Below, piece after piece: positions 1-9,400 of a DNA stretch of 27,950 bases (position 1 is its first letter; every line of letters starts with the position of its first letter). Position numbers and translations under genes: made by a program. The stretch covers positions 1,821-29,770 of the forward strand of contig JBBSVV010000002.1 of the NCBI GenBank assembly GCA_038046625.1. Reading direction: 5' to 3'. The notes beneath the pieces were generated by a model. The model searched no databases. It was not told the DNA's origin and was given only the letters and a program-made list of their open reading frames with translations. Source of the DNA: an archaeon (GTDB lineage Archaea > Iainarchaeota > Iainarchaeia > Iainarchaeales > Iainarchaeaceae).

Positions 1-228
1 TGTGATTTGCACAGCAACAAAACCGCGGGAGACGTTTACCCGAACGCGCTTTGCGCTTCGGACAAGCTTTACTCCTATGCAGGCGAATGCAAGGATGATG
101 TGCCGTGCTACCTCACGAAGTACAATGCGAACAAGGACAACCAGGTAGCCAACGCAATTAATGTTACGGGAACCCAGTTCGCGCAGGTTTACAGTGCCTG
201 GAATTCGTACGCGTGGAAGGCATCGTGA
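1..228 (+). CDS. 3' end of a gene truncated by the window edge; Cys-containing, probably extracellular protein ending ...QVYSAWNSYAWKAS
   Basis: Frame 1 is open from base 1 (TGT GAT TTG CAC...) to TGA at 226-228, so the ORF-track start at 7 is probably not the true start. It is co-oriented with the downstream cluster. Confidence 0.7.
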   Translation, partial: CDLHSNKTAGDVYPNALCASDKLYSYAGECKDDVPCYLTKYNANKDNQVANAINVTGTQFAQVYSAWNSYAWKAS

Positions 229-281
229 TTGCCTCTTTATGCATTGAATGGAAAACAATTTGTTCAATGCGCGGGTTGCCC

Positions 282-301
282 CGAAAAAAAACCTTATTAT
301 A
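282..301 (+). promoter_or_regulatory. Putative archaeal BRE + TATA box for the prepilin-like gene
   Basis: CGAAAAAAAACC followed by TTATTATA (294-301), ending about 25 nt before ATG 326; this spacing fits a leaderless archaeal transcript. Confidence 0.5.
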
Positions 302-325
302 TTCCTTAATTGCTAATTAGTGCTC

Positions 326-1426
326 ATGGAGAAAGGCTTCACCCTTTTCACGGCGCTCGTCGCATTCATTTTGATTGTGCTTTCGATGCTGCTTGTGCAG
401 TCAATGATTTCAAAAGAGAGAAGCACTTCCGACATCATAAGCGACATTTCGGACCAGCAGGAAATGCAGGCGATAGCGGATTTGTCGCGCGCCGACTCCC
501 TGCAGGTGTTCAACTTTGGCATAAGGTACACAATCGAGGACTTTTCAACCAAGGACACGAATCCGCAGGATGACTTGCCCGACAACACTTACTACATGCG
601 CCCCGAAATTTCGGGCAACTGGGATAAGCTGCAGGCGGATTTCGTGAAGGACAGGTTCGGAGTCAGCCCGGACAAGGGCACAAAGGACCAGTTTGCGACC
701 CTTGCGGCGCGCCACCTCATTTCGCTCCTTCAGCGGACGGATGATGTGCGCGGCTTTGAGATTGAGCTTGACAATCCGGACGAGGCCGAGATGGCGCGCA
801 ACCTCGGCGAGAACTTCAACAAACAATCAGAAAAAAAGGATTTCTTCGACCTTGTCGGCTGTGAAGATGGGGATTACGGCAACTGCGTGGGCAGCTTTTA
901 CGTAACGATAGATTTGAGCAATGAAGCAATGAGCGAGAAGGATTACGAGTCGTTTCCGCAGGTCGTGGTAACAAACAATTTCACTGGGAGAACCCTGAAG
1001 GAGCCAATTCTGCCGCGCGGAAAATTCAGGATTTATGTTCCCGTGAGACTGTTCAAGGCGATTGCGGGAGCAAAGGCAGTTGCGTGCAACGACTGCGGCG
1101 GAATATACAGCAATGAGTTTGCAGAGCAGATGAAAGGCGTTTTCGATTCCTCGAAAAGCAAGGCACAGGTGGAGGCGCAGGTTTCGGCCGCTGTCCGGGC
1201 AATCATAAGCGATAAAGGGCTTGCCTATAATGACTCAGGCAAATTCGGGCTTTACAGGGAAAAGCCATTCACCGTGCTTACTTCAACTGCCTCGTGCGGC
1301 AATGACTGCGAAAAGCTCGGGAGTTACGAAGTTATCCTTTACTTCGAGGACACCGACGACAAGTACATGGTGAGCAAGCTCCAGCCGAACGTTTACGGAA
1401 TGCGCCTGGTTTACGTGTACGACTGA
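326..1426 (+). CDS. Type IV pilin-like secreted protein with a class III (prepilin)-like signal peptide, about 366 aa
   Basis: N-terminus MEKG/FTLFTALVAFILIVLSMLLV has a short charged leader, a KG-F cleavage-like motif and a hydrophobic helix, but no Glu at +5. The rest is soluble with several Cys pairs. ATG 326 is preferred over GTG 320. Confidence 0.65.
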   Translation: MEKGFTLFTALVAFILIVLSMLLVQSMISKERSTSDIISDISDQQEMQAIADLSRADSLQVFNFGIRYTIEDFSTKDTNPQDDLPDNTYYMRPEISGNWDKLQADFVKDRFGVSPDKGTKDQFATLAARHLISLLQRTDDVRGFEIELDNPDEAEMARNLGENFNKQSEKKDFFDLVGCEDGDYGNCVGSFYVTIDLSNEAMSEKDYESFPQVVVTNNFTGRTLKEPILPRGKFRIYVPVRLFKAIAGAKAVACNDCGGIYSNEFAEQMKGVFDSSKSKAQVEAQVSAAVRAIISDKGLAYNDSGKFGLYREKPFTVLTSTASCGNDCEKLGSYEVILYFEDTDDKYMVSKLQPNVYGMRLVYVYD

Positions 1427-1444
1427 GAAAAAGTTACGGTTATG

Positions 1445-1496
1445 GCACCTTGTGCCCAGGGGCACGAGGCCTCGTACCCTACTGGTAGAAGGAACC
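1445..1496. repeat. 52-bp twin-hairpin (REP-doublet-like) repeat, copy 1
   Basis: GCACCTTGTGCCCAGGGGCACGAGGCCTCGTACCCTACTGGTAGAAGGAACC is 47/52 identical to 12564-12615. It lies between convergent genes. Confidence 0.9.
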
Positions 1497-1512
1497 ATGA
1501 AAATCCGCCGAA

Positions 1513-2619
1513 TTACTTTATTGGTTTGCCGGACTTCATGCTTTTCGGAAGTTCGTTTTCTTTCAGCGTCACTATCTGCCCTCTTCCGCTTTTCCCACCG
1601 AAGATACGATTGTAGCCGCGGATAAATCCCGAAAAGCCTTTTTCGAGAAGACGCCCTCTTCGGCCCTGTGATTTCATGGCAATGAGTTTTCTGCTCACCT
1701 GCTCCATTACGTTCTTGTAAATTTGTTCAGGGTTTTGCTTGTGCGCCAGCTGAAAACCGAAATCAACCTGAATTATTGCGCCTGTCGCGGTTCCCGGAAT
1801 TTTGCGTTTTTCAACGGCATAAGCCAAAGGGCTTTTCATGAGGTTTTCCCTTGCGATGCCCTGGTACTCGAGCATTATTTCCTGCACTTTTTCCGCAGGC
1901 AAAGGGAAGTGGAAAGTGAATTCGTCGGCGCCGTAGCGGGCCGTGAAGCCCCCGTATTTTTCGCAGATTGATTTTGCGGCTTCCGCATAACAGCCGAGAA
2001 GGACTGCGCCGCCCCTGACATGGCCGAAAAGGGTGTTTGAGTCCTTGAGTTTGTCCATGTCAACCATCGCAACGGTCTGGACAGGCCTTGATTTGCTGGA
2101 GGAAAACATCTCCTTGGCCTTCAGTGAAAAAGCCTCGTGGCCGTAAATGTAATCGAAGAAAGGGTCGTTCAGCGCGCTCATGCTTACCGAATCAAGCCTT
2201 GGGCCGAGCAGGCGCGCACGCTTTTCGGTTATTGATTCGAGGCGCTTGACTTTTGCGTCTATTTTTTCATCAAGCGGTTTGAGTTGCGCCTCCATTTCTT
2301 CATTGGTTAATCTGTGGTCCGCAAACTGCGCCTTAAGAGCCCTTTCATGCTGGCCCCTGAGCCGGATCATATAACCGAGTTCCCTTGTTTCCTTGACAAG
2401 CATTGCCCGCCCTACAATCCTGAGCCTTCTCGCGACGCGCGTCGCAATCAGCACGTTTTTCGGCTCTTTGGCACCCCGCATCTTCACAGGCACGGTTTTG
2501 ATCTCATCAAGCTTGAGTCGTCTTTTTTCCGGCAAAAACAGCAGCTCCAAATAGTATTTGGCGCTGGAATATTTAACCTTTAATGTCAGGCTTGAGGGGG
2601 GTCTCAAAAGCCGAAACAA
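1513..2619 (-). CDS. GGDEF-domain (diguanylate cyclase-like) protein with a variant GADEF motif and an N-terminal basic region/coiled coil
   Basis: GGDEF hallmarks occur in the expected order: ALNDPFF (DxLT-like), VDMDKLKDSNTLFGHVRGG (DxDxFKxxNDxxGHxxGD-like), ARYGADEF, and KLIAMKSQGR (ALYxAKxxGR-like). The TTG start is uncertain. Confidence 0.8.
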   Translation of the reverse strand: MFRLLRPPSSLTLKVKYSSAKYYLELLFLPEKRRLKLDEIKTVPVKMRGAKEPKNVLIATRVARRLRIVGRAMLVKETRELGYMIRLRGQHERALKAQFADHRLTNEEMEAQLKPLDEKIDAKVKRLESITEKRARLLGPRLDSVSMSALNDPFFDYIYGHEAFSLKAKEMFSSSKSRPVQTVAMVDMDKLKDSNTLFGHVRGGAVLLGCYAEAAKSICEKYGGFTARYGADEFTFHFPLPAEKVQEIMLEYQGIARENLMKSPLAYAVEKRKIPGTATGAIIQVDFGFQLAHKQNPEQIYKNVMEQVSRKLIAMKSQGRRGRLLEKGFSGFIRGYNRIFGGKSGRGQIVTLKENELPKSMKSGKPIK

Positions 2620-2654
2620 TACCTAAAGAGAATAAATTAGTATCTCCAGGGGCA

Positions 2655-2945
2655 TCATATTTTTTTCAGGTATTTTTCAAGATCGTTGTAGTCCCTTTTC
2701 CTTTCAAGCAGGCATGCGATTATAATGTTTGGTTCCAAGACAACGTAGATGAGCCTTGTTTCCTTGCCTTGTATGCTCATTCTCACCCTGAACACTTTCC
2801 TGAATCGTTGCGAGTGGATTTTCTTGAAGTGGAACGGGTTTTCTTCGATGAGCTTTATTTTTTCCCAAATGGTTTTCTTGGACTTTTCGTCCAGGGCATT
2901 AAGCTGTTCCACCACCACTGGCGAAAGTTTTATTGCAAAAGTCAT
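2655..2945 (-). CDS. RelE/ParE-superfamily type II toxin
   Basis: 96 aa, basic. Pattern FAIKLS..VVEQLNALD......IWEKIKLIEENP...KKI......VFRVRM.....RLIY matches the RelE layout. The start overlaps the upstream stop (ATGA). Confidence 0.8.
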   Translation of the reverse strand: MTFAIKLSPVVVEQLNALDEKSKKTIWEKIKLIEENPFHFKKIHSQRFRKVFRVRMSIQGKETRLIYVVLEPNIIIACLLERKRDYNDLEKYLKKI

Positions 2946-3196
2946 TCGTATTCCTTGAAGTATTCTTTCGCATCGGTGAGCTTTCCGCTTTTGATGCTCT
3001 TTTCAATTATCCTGTCAATAAGCCCTATTTCCTCGCCGGAAAAGGATTCATCAAAGTCGCTTTTCTCGAAAATCTTCTCGCGCAAAGAGTCGGCTGCGAG
3101 TTCTTGGACGTTTCTGTATCCGTAGCTCTCTGCAAAAGATTCGGCTGCAGTGTAAAGCTTTTTGGAAAGTTTGAGGTTAACTTGTTTGGTTCCCAT
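2942..3196 (-). CDS. Cognate antitoxin with a ribbon-helix-helix-like N-terminus and acidic C-terminus
   Basis: 84 aa. KQVNLKLSKKLY..AESFAE..GY..VQEL..DSLR fits an RHH pattern. It has an acidic tail and a 4-nt overlap with the toxin gene. Confidence 0.75.
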   Translation of the reverse strand: MGTKQVNLKLSKKLYTAAESFAESYGYRNVQELAADSLREKIFEKSDFDESFSGEEIGLIDRIIEKSIKSGKLTDAKEYFKEYE

Positions 3197-3197
3197 A

Positions 3198-3213
3198 GCT
3201 ACCTATAGGTAGC
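3198..3213. promoter_or_regulatory. Perfect 16-bp palindrome GCTACCTATAGGTAGC, likely the TA autorepression operator
   Basis: It sits between the TATA box (3220-3227) and the antitoxin start codon (3196). RHH antitoxins typically bind such palindromes. Confidence 0.7.
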
Positions 3214-3219
3214 CGCCTT

Positions 3220-3227
3220 TATTTAAA
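3220..3227 (-). promoter_or_regulatory. TATA box (TTTAAATA) of the TA operon
   Basis: Minus-strand TTTAAATA lies about 24 nt upstream of ATG 3196, which is leaderless spacing. Confidence 0.6.
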
Positions 3228-3266
3228 CTTAACTGGCAGTTCTGGCAAATTCAAAGAACTTATATG

Positions 3267-3284
3267 CTATAGCAGACCAATAAA
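3267..3284. repeat. Solo copy of the MITE left end (CTATAGCAGACCAATAAA)
   Basis: 18/18 identical to 12514-12531. Confidence 0.8.
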
Positions 3285-3472
3285 GCAATCATATTTTTTG
3301 CCATAAAGTTAGCCCTCAGGCAATAGCCCTTTGAATTCAATGAATTGCCGTTTTCAACTCGATGAATCCGAAAATAAGTTGCCATTGCAGGGTAACTAGG
3401 AATAAATAGATACCTTTAAATGGAACGGTGCAATTAAAATTATTTAATCCCATTTAATTACTAAGTGATTCA

Positions 3473-6400
3473 ATGGCTTCGGATGCCCCTGCAAACGGCC
3501 TTTACGCGCAACTTGAGGAAAAGTACTATTCCCTCATGGATTGGCTCGAGAAAAAAGGGGTTCCTGTTTACAAGGCAATCGACGCGATTGAAGCCAGGAA
3601 TATCCCGTCATTTCCAATCTTCATCCTTTTATGCGCCCTTATCCTCGGGCTCGCGGTTTGGGGGATTTCCGCGGCATTTTTCTCCTCTGCATCGCTGCAG
3701 GTTACTGTCCAGGATTCTTTGAAGCAGCCGATTTCAGGCGCAACCATTGATGTGCTCGTGGACGGAAAATCCCTTGGCGCGCAGGCAACAAACGCAGCGG
3801 GAAACGCGGTTTTTAATGTTCCGCTGAACAAGGCGTTCCAGATAAAAGCGGAAAAGGGCGGTTACGTTGACAAGGCCCAGAATTACCCCGCAACCCAAGC
3901 GCAGAGCAGCGCGGAAATAACAATGCAGCAGGAAATAACCACGCTGAAAAAAACCGTGAACCTTTTGCAGGCGGGAACCTCGAGGCTTTTCGGCAAGCAG
4001 ATTGACGTGGATTTTTCATGCAGCGGAAACACTTCGTTTGCACAGAGGAAAAGCACTTCAACCGGAACAATTGACATTGACGTGCCGGGCGATTGTGACA
4101 CTTTAATTGCGAGGCCTTCTGGAAACTTCTCGATTTCAAATGACTCTGCATTCCTCTCATCCGGCGGCGTTGTGAGCTACTCGGTTGAGGAAACCCAGGC
4201 CGGAAAAGGCAGCGCAATTGTCACGGTTGCAAATTCACAGGGAACCGTTGTTCCGGGAATTGACGTGAGCCTTTACACTGTTTCGGAAAGCAATGCAGCG
4301 GGAACAATATTCCAGACCAAGCAGACCAGTGCAACAGGAAGCGCCTCCTTTACCGATGTGCCTTCGGGAAGATATTACATAGTTGCGTTTGACAGGGGCA
4401 ACAATTACGCGGAATACGACGGCTCTTCAGAGCAGATGGTGCAGGAAATAAAGGCAAATTCGCTCACAACATTTTCGGTAGTGCTTTCACAGGGCGTGGT
4501 GGGCAAAATCAGGCTGCTCGTGAAGGACAAGGCAAACGGAAATGCAGTCCAGGGCGCAACCGTAAAGCTCTCGAAAGGCCAGACTGAAATAACCACTTCG
4601 CAAACCGGCGCGGACGGAAAGGTTGAGTTCTCGGTCGGCGAAGAGGTTGAGTACCGCATTTACGTTGACAAGGCGGCCTACCTTATTAAGACGGCTTCAC
4701 TCAGGCCTTCCGTTGATTTCCAGCAGATTGAGATTGAGCAGGCAACCGCGGAAAACAGCCAGAGCCTCCTTGTCAGCATCGTGGATGAGAACAACAAGCC
4801 CGTTGAGAACGTGAGGCTGAAACTGAAAAAGAATGCGGACGGAACACAGGTTGGAGGGGAACTTGTCACGGGCCTTGACGGCCGCGGAATATTCCAGCGC
4901 GTGGATGACGGCGTTTACTATGTTTATGCCGTGAAGCCGGGGGTCGGGGAAAAATACTGTGACCCCGTGACTTTGAGCAGCAGGCAGGCCAACGCAATCA
5001 CGTGCCAGCTGAACATAGGCACGGGACGGTTGGAGACTGGCATACTTGACGAGGACGGAAAGCCGATTGTGAACGCAACAATAAAGGTCGTGGATTCATT
5101 CTCTAGCTCCGTGATTGCGGAGGAGACAACGGATTCGGACGGCAAAAAAATAATTGCTGCGAGGGCCGACAAGGAAGTGTTTTTAGTTGTGGCTGCAGAC
5201 GGCTACGCCTCGACAACGACAGTGCCTGTGCAGATGCAGAAGGACGTCACTCTCGGGCAAAAAATCGTGCTGAGGAAGGCAATCCAATCGTTTGAAATCG
5301 AACTCGAGGGGGTTTACTCCAACGGCGAAAAAATTTCTTCGGGCAGCGGCCTCAATGCGGGGGAAAAGTACACTGCAAAATTCCTTTTGCTTGTCCCGAA
5401 AAGCTCGGTGTTTGATGAGGCCGGCGTTCACGTGCGCACGGGCAATGATGATGCAAGCACAATGGAACAGGACAACCTTTACATAAGCGATGTGCGCGCC
5501 GCATTCTCGGGCATTGCGGAGGGAACAACATACACGCCCCCTGCAGGGCAGGGGAATGATGCGCAGCATTACACAACCGGAAACGCGAAGTGGGCAAACA
5601 TTGTTTTCAGGAATGTTTCCGGCGGAGTTTACGAGGCCGAAGCTGATTTGCAGGTTCGCGCCGAAACGAGGATTGGTTCGCAGCTCGAGCTGTGGTACAG
5701 GGCTTGGGGAAAAAGCGGGGGCTATCTCAGGGTTCCCACTGACGCGGCACTTGGAACCGCGGAATCAATACCAGAAAAACAGGGGCTTTACGCGAATGCA
5801 CGCAAAAGGCCTTTCAGCGTCGGCCCGTCAACTTTGTGCGGCGAGGATTTCTGTTCCTCTTACTCGATTGAGGACACCAAGGAAAAAATCACTTCAGGCA
5901 TAAGCGATTCCTATTCGGCGCAGGTTGAGGGAACCTACAGGTTGCTCTTTGAAATTTCGGGCACATCAGAAACCCCGTTCAGCGCGGCACAACTGCTCAT
6001 TAAGGACAGGAGCAGCAGCATTGCAATACAATCCTACAGCATCACGCCCGCGCTTGGCCAGCAGAGGCAGGGACAGGGAATAGGCTCGGAACTTTCAATG
6101 CAAGTGGGGGACATTGCGCGCGATTCGGTTGTGAAGGGGGAAATAATTTTCCAGCCGCGCAAGGAAGGCACGGCGCAGCTCGACGTTTCAATTCTTTCGG
6201 GAACCGGAACCGCGAGCGAAGTTTACAAAAAATCCCTGCTCATTAAGGTGCAGCCCGCGCAGCAGCTTAGCCTCGATGTTCTCCCTAAATCCATTGTGCC
6301 GCTCATAAACAACAACGTGCTTGCAAGGGTTTCCGGCGACAACGATGCGGCGGTTGCGAATGCAACGGTAAGCATCAAGAGCAACGGAACCGTAATAGCT

Positions 6401-9400
6401 TCAGGAGAAACGGACATCGAAGGGGTGTTCGCGTACACTTTGCTTTCTCCGGGCGACGGCTCGACAATAGGGATTTTGGCGGAGAAGCCCGGCTTCAAGT
6501 CAATTGAAAAGGAACTCGGGGTTTCGGGAAATATTTTGTCCTCGGACCCGAAAACCGTAAAGCTTTCCATGGCCGTTGGCGGCACTGCATTCAAGAACAT
6601 AGACGCATTGCTGTTGAACTATTCGCAGGTGCCGCTGCAGGTCGAGGAAGTTTCCGCCTCGAGGGACTTCCAGGGATTCGCGCAGTTCGCATTTGACGCA
6701 CCCACCACGGGAGAAATAATTGGTTCGGATTCAAACGCGGAGCTTGCGGGAACATTAAGGCTTGGGCCGCAGGGCGCGACAATAGCTGCCCCAATCAAAA
6801 TACTCGGCTCTTTGAACGTTGTTGTTTCCAGCGCGGCGTTCCAGCAGAAGTGGGTTTCATCAATCCCGTTCGAACTCACAATCGGCTTCGGCGACAATGT
6901 GGATGACACTGACTGCTTCGGCGTCTTCCCCGGCGAGTGGCAGATTTTCGGTGCGCCTTCACAGGCAAAGCAGCTCAATGTCACGATGACAAATTCGTGC
7001 AAGGTTTCCGGCGGCGCAATTCCATTGAGGAACCTCTCAATACGCGTTGTCACGGGCAACGACAACGCATTGGGAAAATTCAGGGCATCAAGCACGCTTG
7101 ACGGCTCGACAAGCGCGGAGCTCACGAACACATTCAGGAACATTGCGGCAATCGTCCCCGTGAATGCGGAGCAGACGCTTACGCTTGATTTCCAGCCCGC
7201 ACAGATAGTGAGCGGAAAAAGCGATATGCAAATTGAAGTAAGGGCGACGAATCTCACGGCGAACGGCCCTGAAGACCTCACAAAGGCAATCAAGGTTTCA
7301 ATCAACATGAACAACCTGAACGAGTGCCTCGAAGTCCTTGCAAGCCGCGATTTGACCGTGAACAGCTGCCCCAACAACATGGGATTCAACAATTACGGCG
7401 GGCAATTTTCTCAGTACCAGAATTCCAGGTACACGCAGTTCGACCCGTACTCCAACAGGAACGGTTACGGCACGGGATTGCCGCCTTACATAGGAAGCGA
7501 TTTGTCCAATGGCTCTTCGCTCGCGCCTTCGTACCAGAATTACGCGAATTATGCGAACAATTATTACCCTAACCAAAATTATTCGCAGCCGTTCTATGGC
7601 AATGATTACTCGAACAACGCGTACTCGGGCTCTTGGAACTGCGGGAGCACCTCCTTCCAAATAAGCAACAGCTGTGAAAGCGCGGTTGATGTTTCCTTTG
7701 ATGCGCAGCCCGGAATAATAGTCAGGGACAAGACCATAACCATACAGCCGAATGAGCAGAGCGACGTAACCGTTGAGCCGACAAATTTCTTCGGGCGCTA
7801 CGAACTGAACCTGAAGGCGAAGCCGAGCACGAGCAACGAAAAGGCGACGGACATCGCAAAGATTTACGTGAATGTCGTGAACGAGGCGACAAAGAATTAC
7901 AGGGACTGCATATCCCTGTCGCCTTCGCAGACGCTTAACTTCAACAATTTCTTCGGAAAGCCGGTTGAGCTCAAGGTAATGAATTCCTGTTACAACGAAG
8001 GCGTTTACCTTGACTCAAGCACTAACGCGGTTTCGTTTGCGGGCCTCGGCATCAACACGCCTACAGATGAGTCGGCTGGAGTGAAGGAACTGATTGAAAG
8101 TTGGGGGCTCATTGACGAGAAATTCGAGACACAGCCGAACGGAAAGGTAACGCAGGTTTTGACTTTCGAGGTCGCAAAGGCGCTGAGCACTTACAGGAAC
8201 AAGGCGCCTCCCGCGCAGTTCTTCGAGGCAAACAAGTATGCGGACATCGGAAATTTGAGGTATTTCCTGTCCACGACATATTACTCGGTCATGTCACGCA
8301 CCAACCTTGTCGTCAGGTTCACGACGCCTTACGGCGGTCAAAGAACGACAAGCTTCAGGCTCGTGCTGCAGGATTTGTGGCCATTGCTCGAGGCCGGGGC
8401 AAGGGTTTCGGAGCAGTTCACTACATACGGCGACCCCAAATTCACGCCGGAGCAGTGCCTGAAGAAAGAATCCTTGAATTTCATCAAAATAACCGGCGGA
8501 GAACTGCCCGTTGGAAGGATTTACTCGACTCTCGAGAACGGCGGATTGTTCAGGTACGCAACCAAGAACCCGACAACTAACAATGAGAGCGGAGGATGCG
8601 GAACAGTTGACTTCATTTCTGATTTGGAGCCTACCTCGTTCAAGGACCCGAAAACCGGGTTGGTAATGAATGTGCAGCTCGATAACGGTGGCCATGAAAT
8701 GTCCATCGGATTTGATGAAACCTCGGGACCGTGGAACGGTCAAAAAACCAATTTCAACGTGAAAATTATAGGCAACGTGAACAGGATTTCGCCGCCGGGA
8801 AAGCAGCTTGTCGGCTTCAACATACAGATTAGCGTTGCTGGAAGGCAAGGCGCAGGAACAGGGCCGGGCACAGGGCCTGGGCAGGGCGGGGAAACATTTT
8901 CGTTCGCGTGCGAGAACGGGAATTCAGGAACGGATGTTTACAGGAAATATGGTTTGCAGCACATCAGCTACGAGTGGCGCGTTTCCGGAGACTCGCCAGC
9001 ACAAAAGATTCCGGAGAATGCATGCAATGTTTACGAAGCAGCCAATCCGGCAGCACAGAGAAAACTGAATGCGGACAGCGCGCCGTTGTTCTGCGACGCG
9101 GTGCAGGCGACGGTTGAATTCTCGAGGAAGATTGACAGGGCCAAGGCAATCACCACAATCGTGAAAGGCGCAAATAGCGGAAATGGCCTCTGTGTTACAA
9201 CTGCGAATGAATTCAATTGTGCAGAACCGGCAAACAGGAATTCGCTTGAATTGTTCAGGTTTGTGCTTGACCAGAACAAAGGTTACTTCACAAGCGCTTC
9301 GGACAAGGCGCACGTGCTCGACCTCACTTTGAAGGCGATTGCAATGGCACCTTTGAATGATTCTAAGATTCTCGCGGACTCGATAAGCCAGATGAATGCA

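Noticed and set aside
1445..1496. Known ribozyme, riboswitch or tRNA
   Set aside because: There is no hammerhead core (CUGAnGA/GAAA), no convincing HDV pseudoknot and no cloverleaf or T-loop. An Rfam search would be needed to exclude other families.
1513..2619. Cas10 or reverse-transcriptase palm domain instead of GGDEF
   Set aside because: The motif context (DxDxxK..N...GH, RYGxDEF, K..GR) is GGDEF-type. There is no GGDD or YADD motif, HD domain or CRISPR context.
2583..3125. 180-aa plus-strand ORF
   Set aside because: It is the antisense shadow of the well-supported toxin-antitoxin genes.
8858..8887. Short tandem repeat ACAGGGCC(G/T)GG(C/G) in paralog 1
   Set aside because: It has only about 2.5 units and encodes a TGPG flexible linker, which is ordinary.
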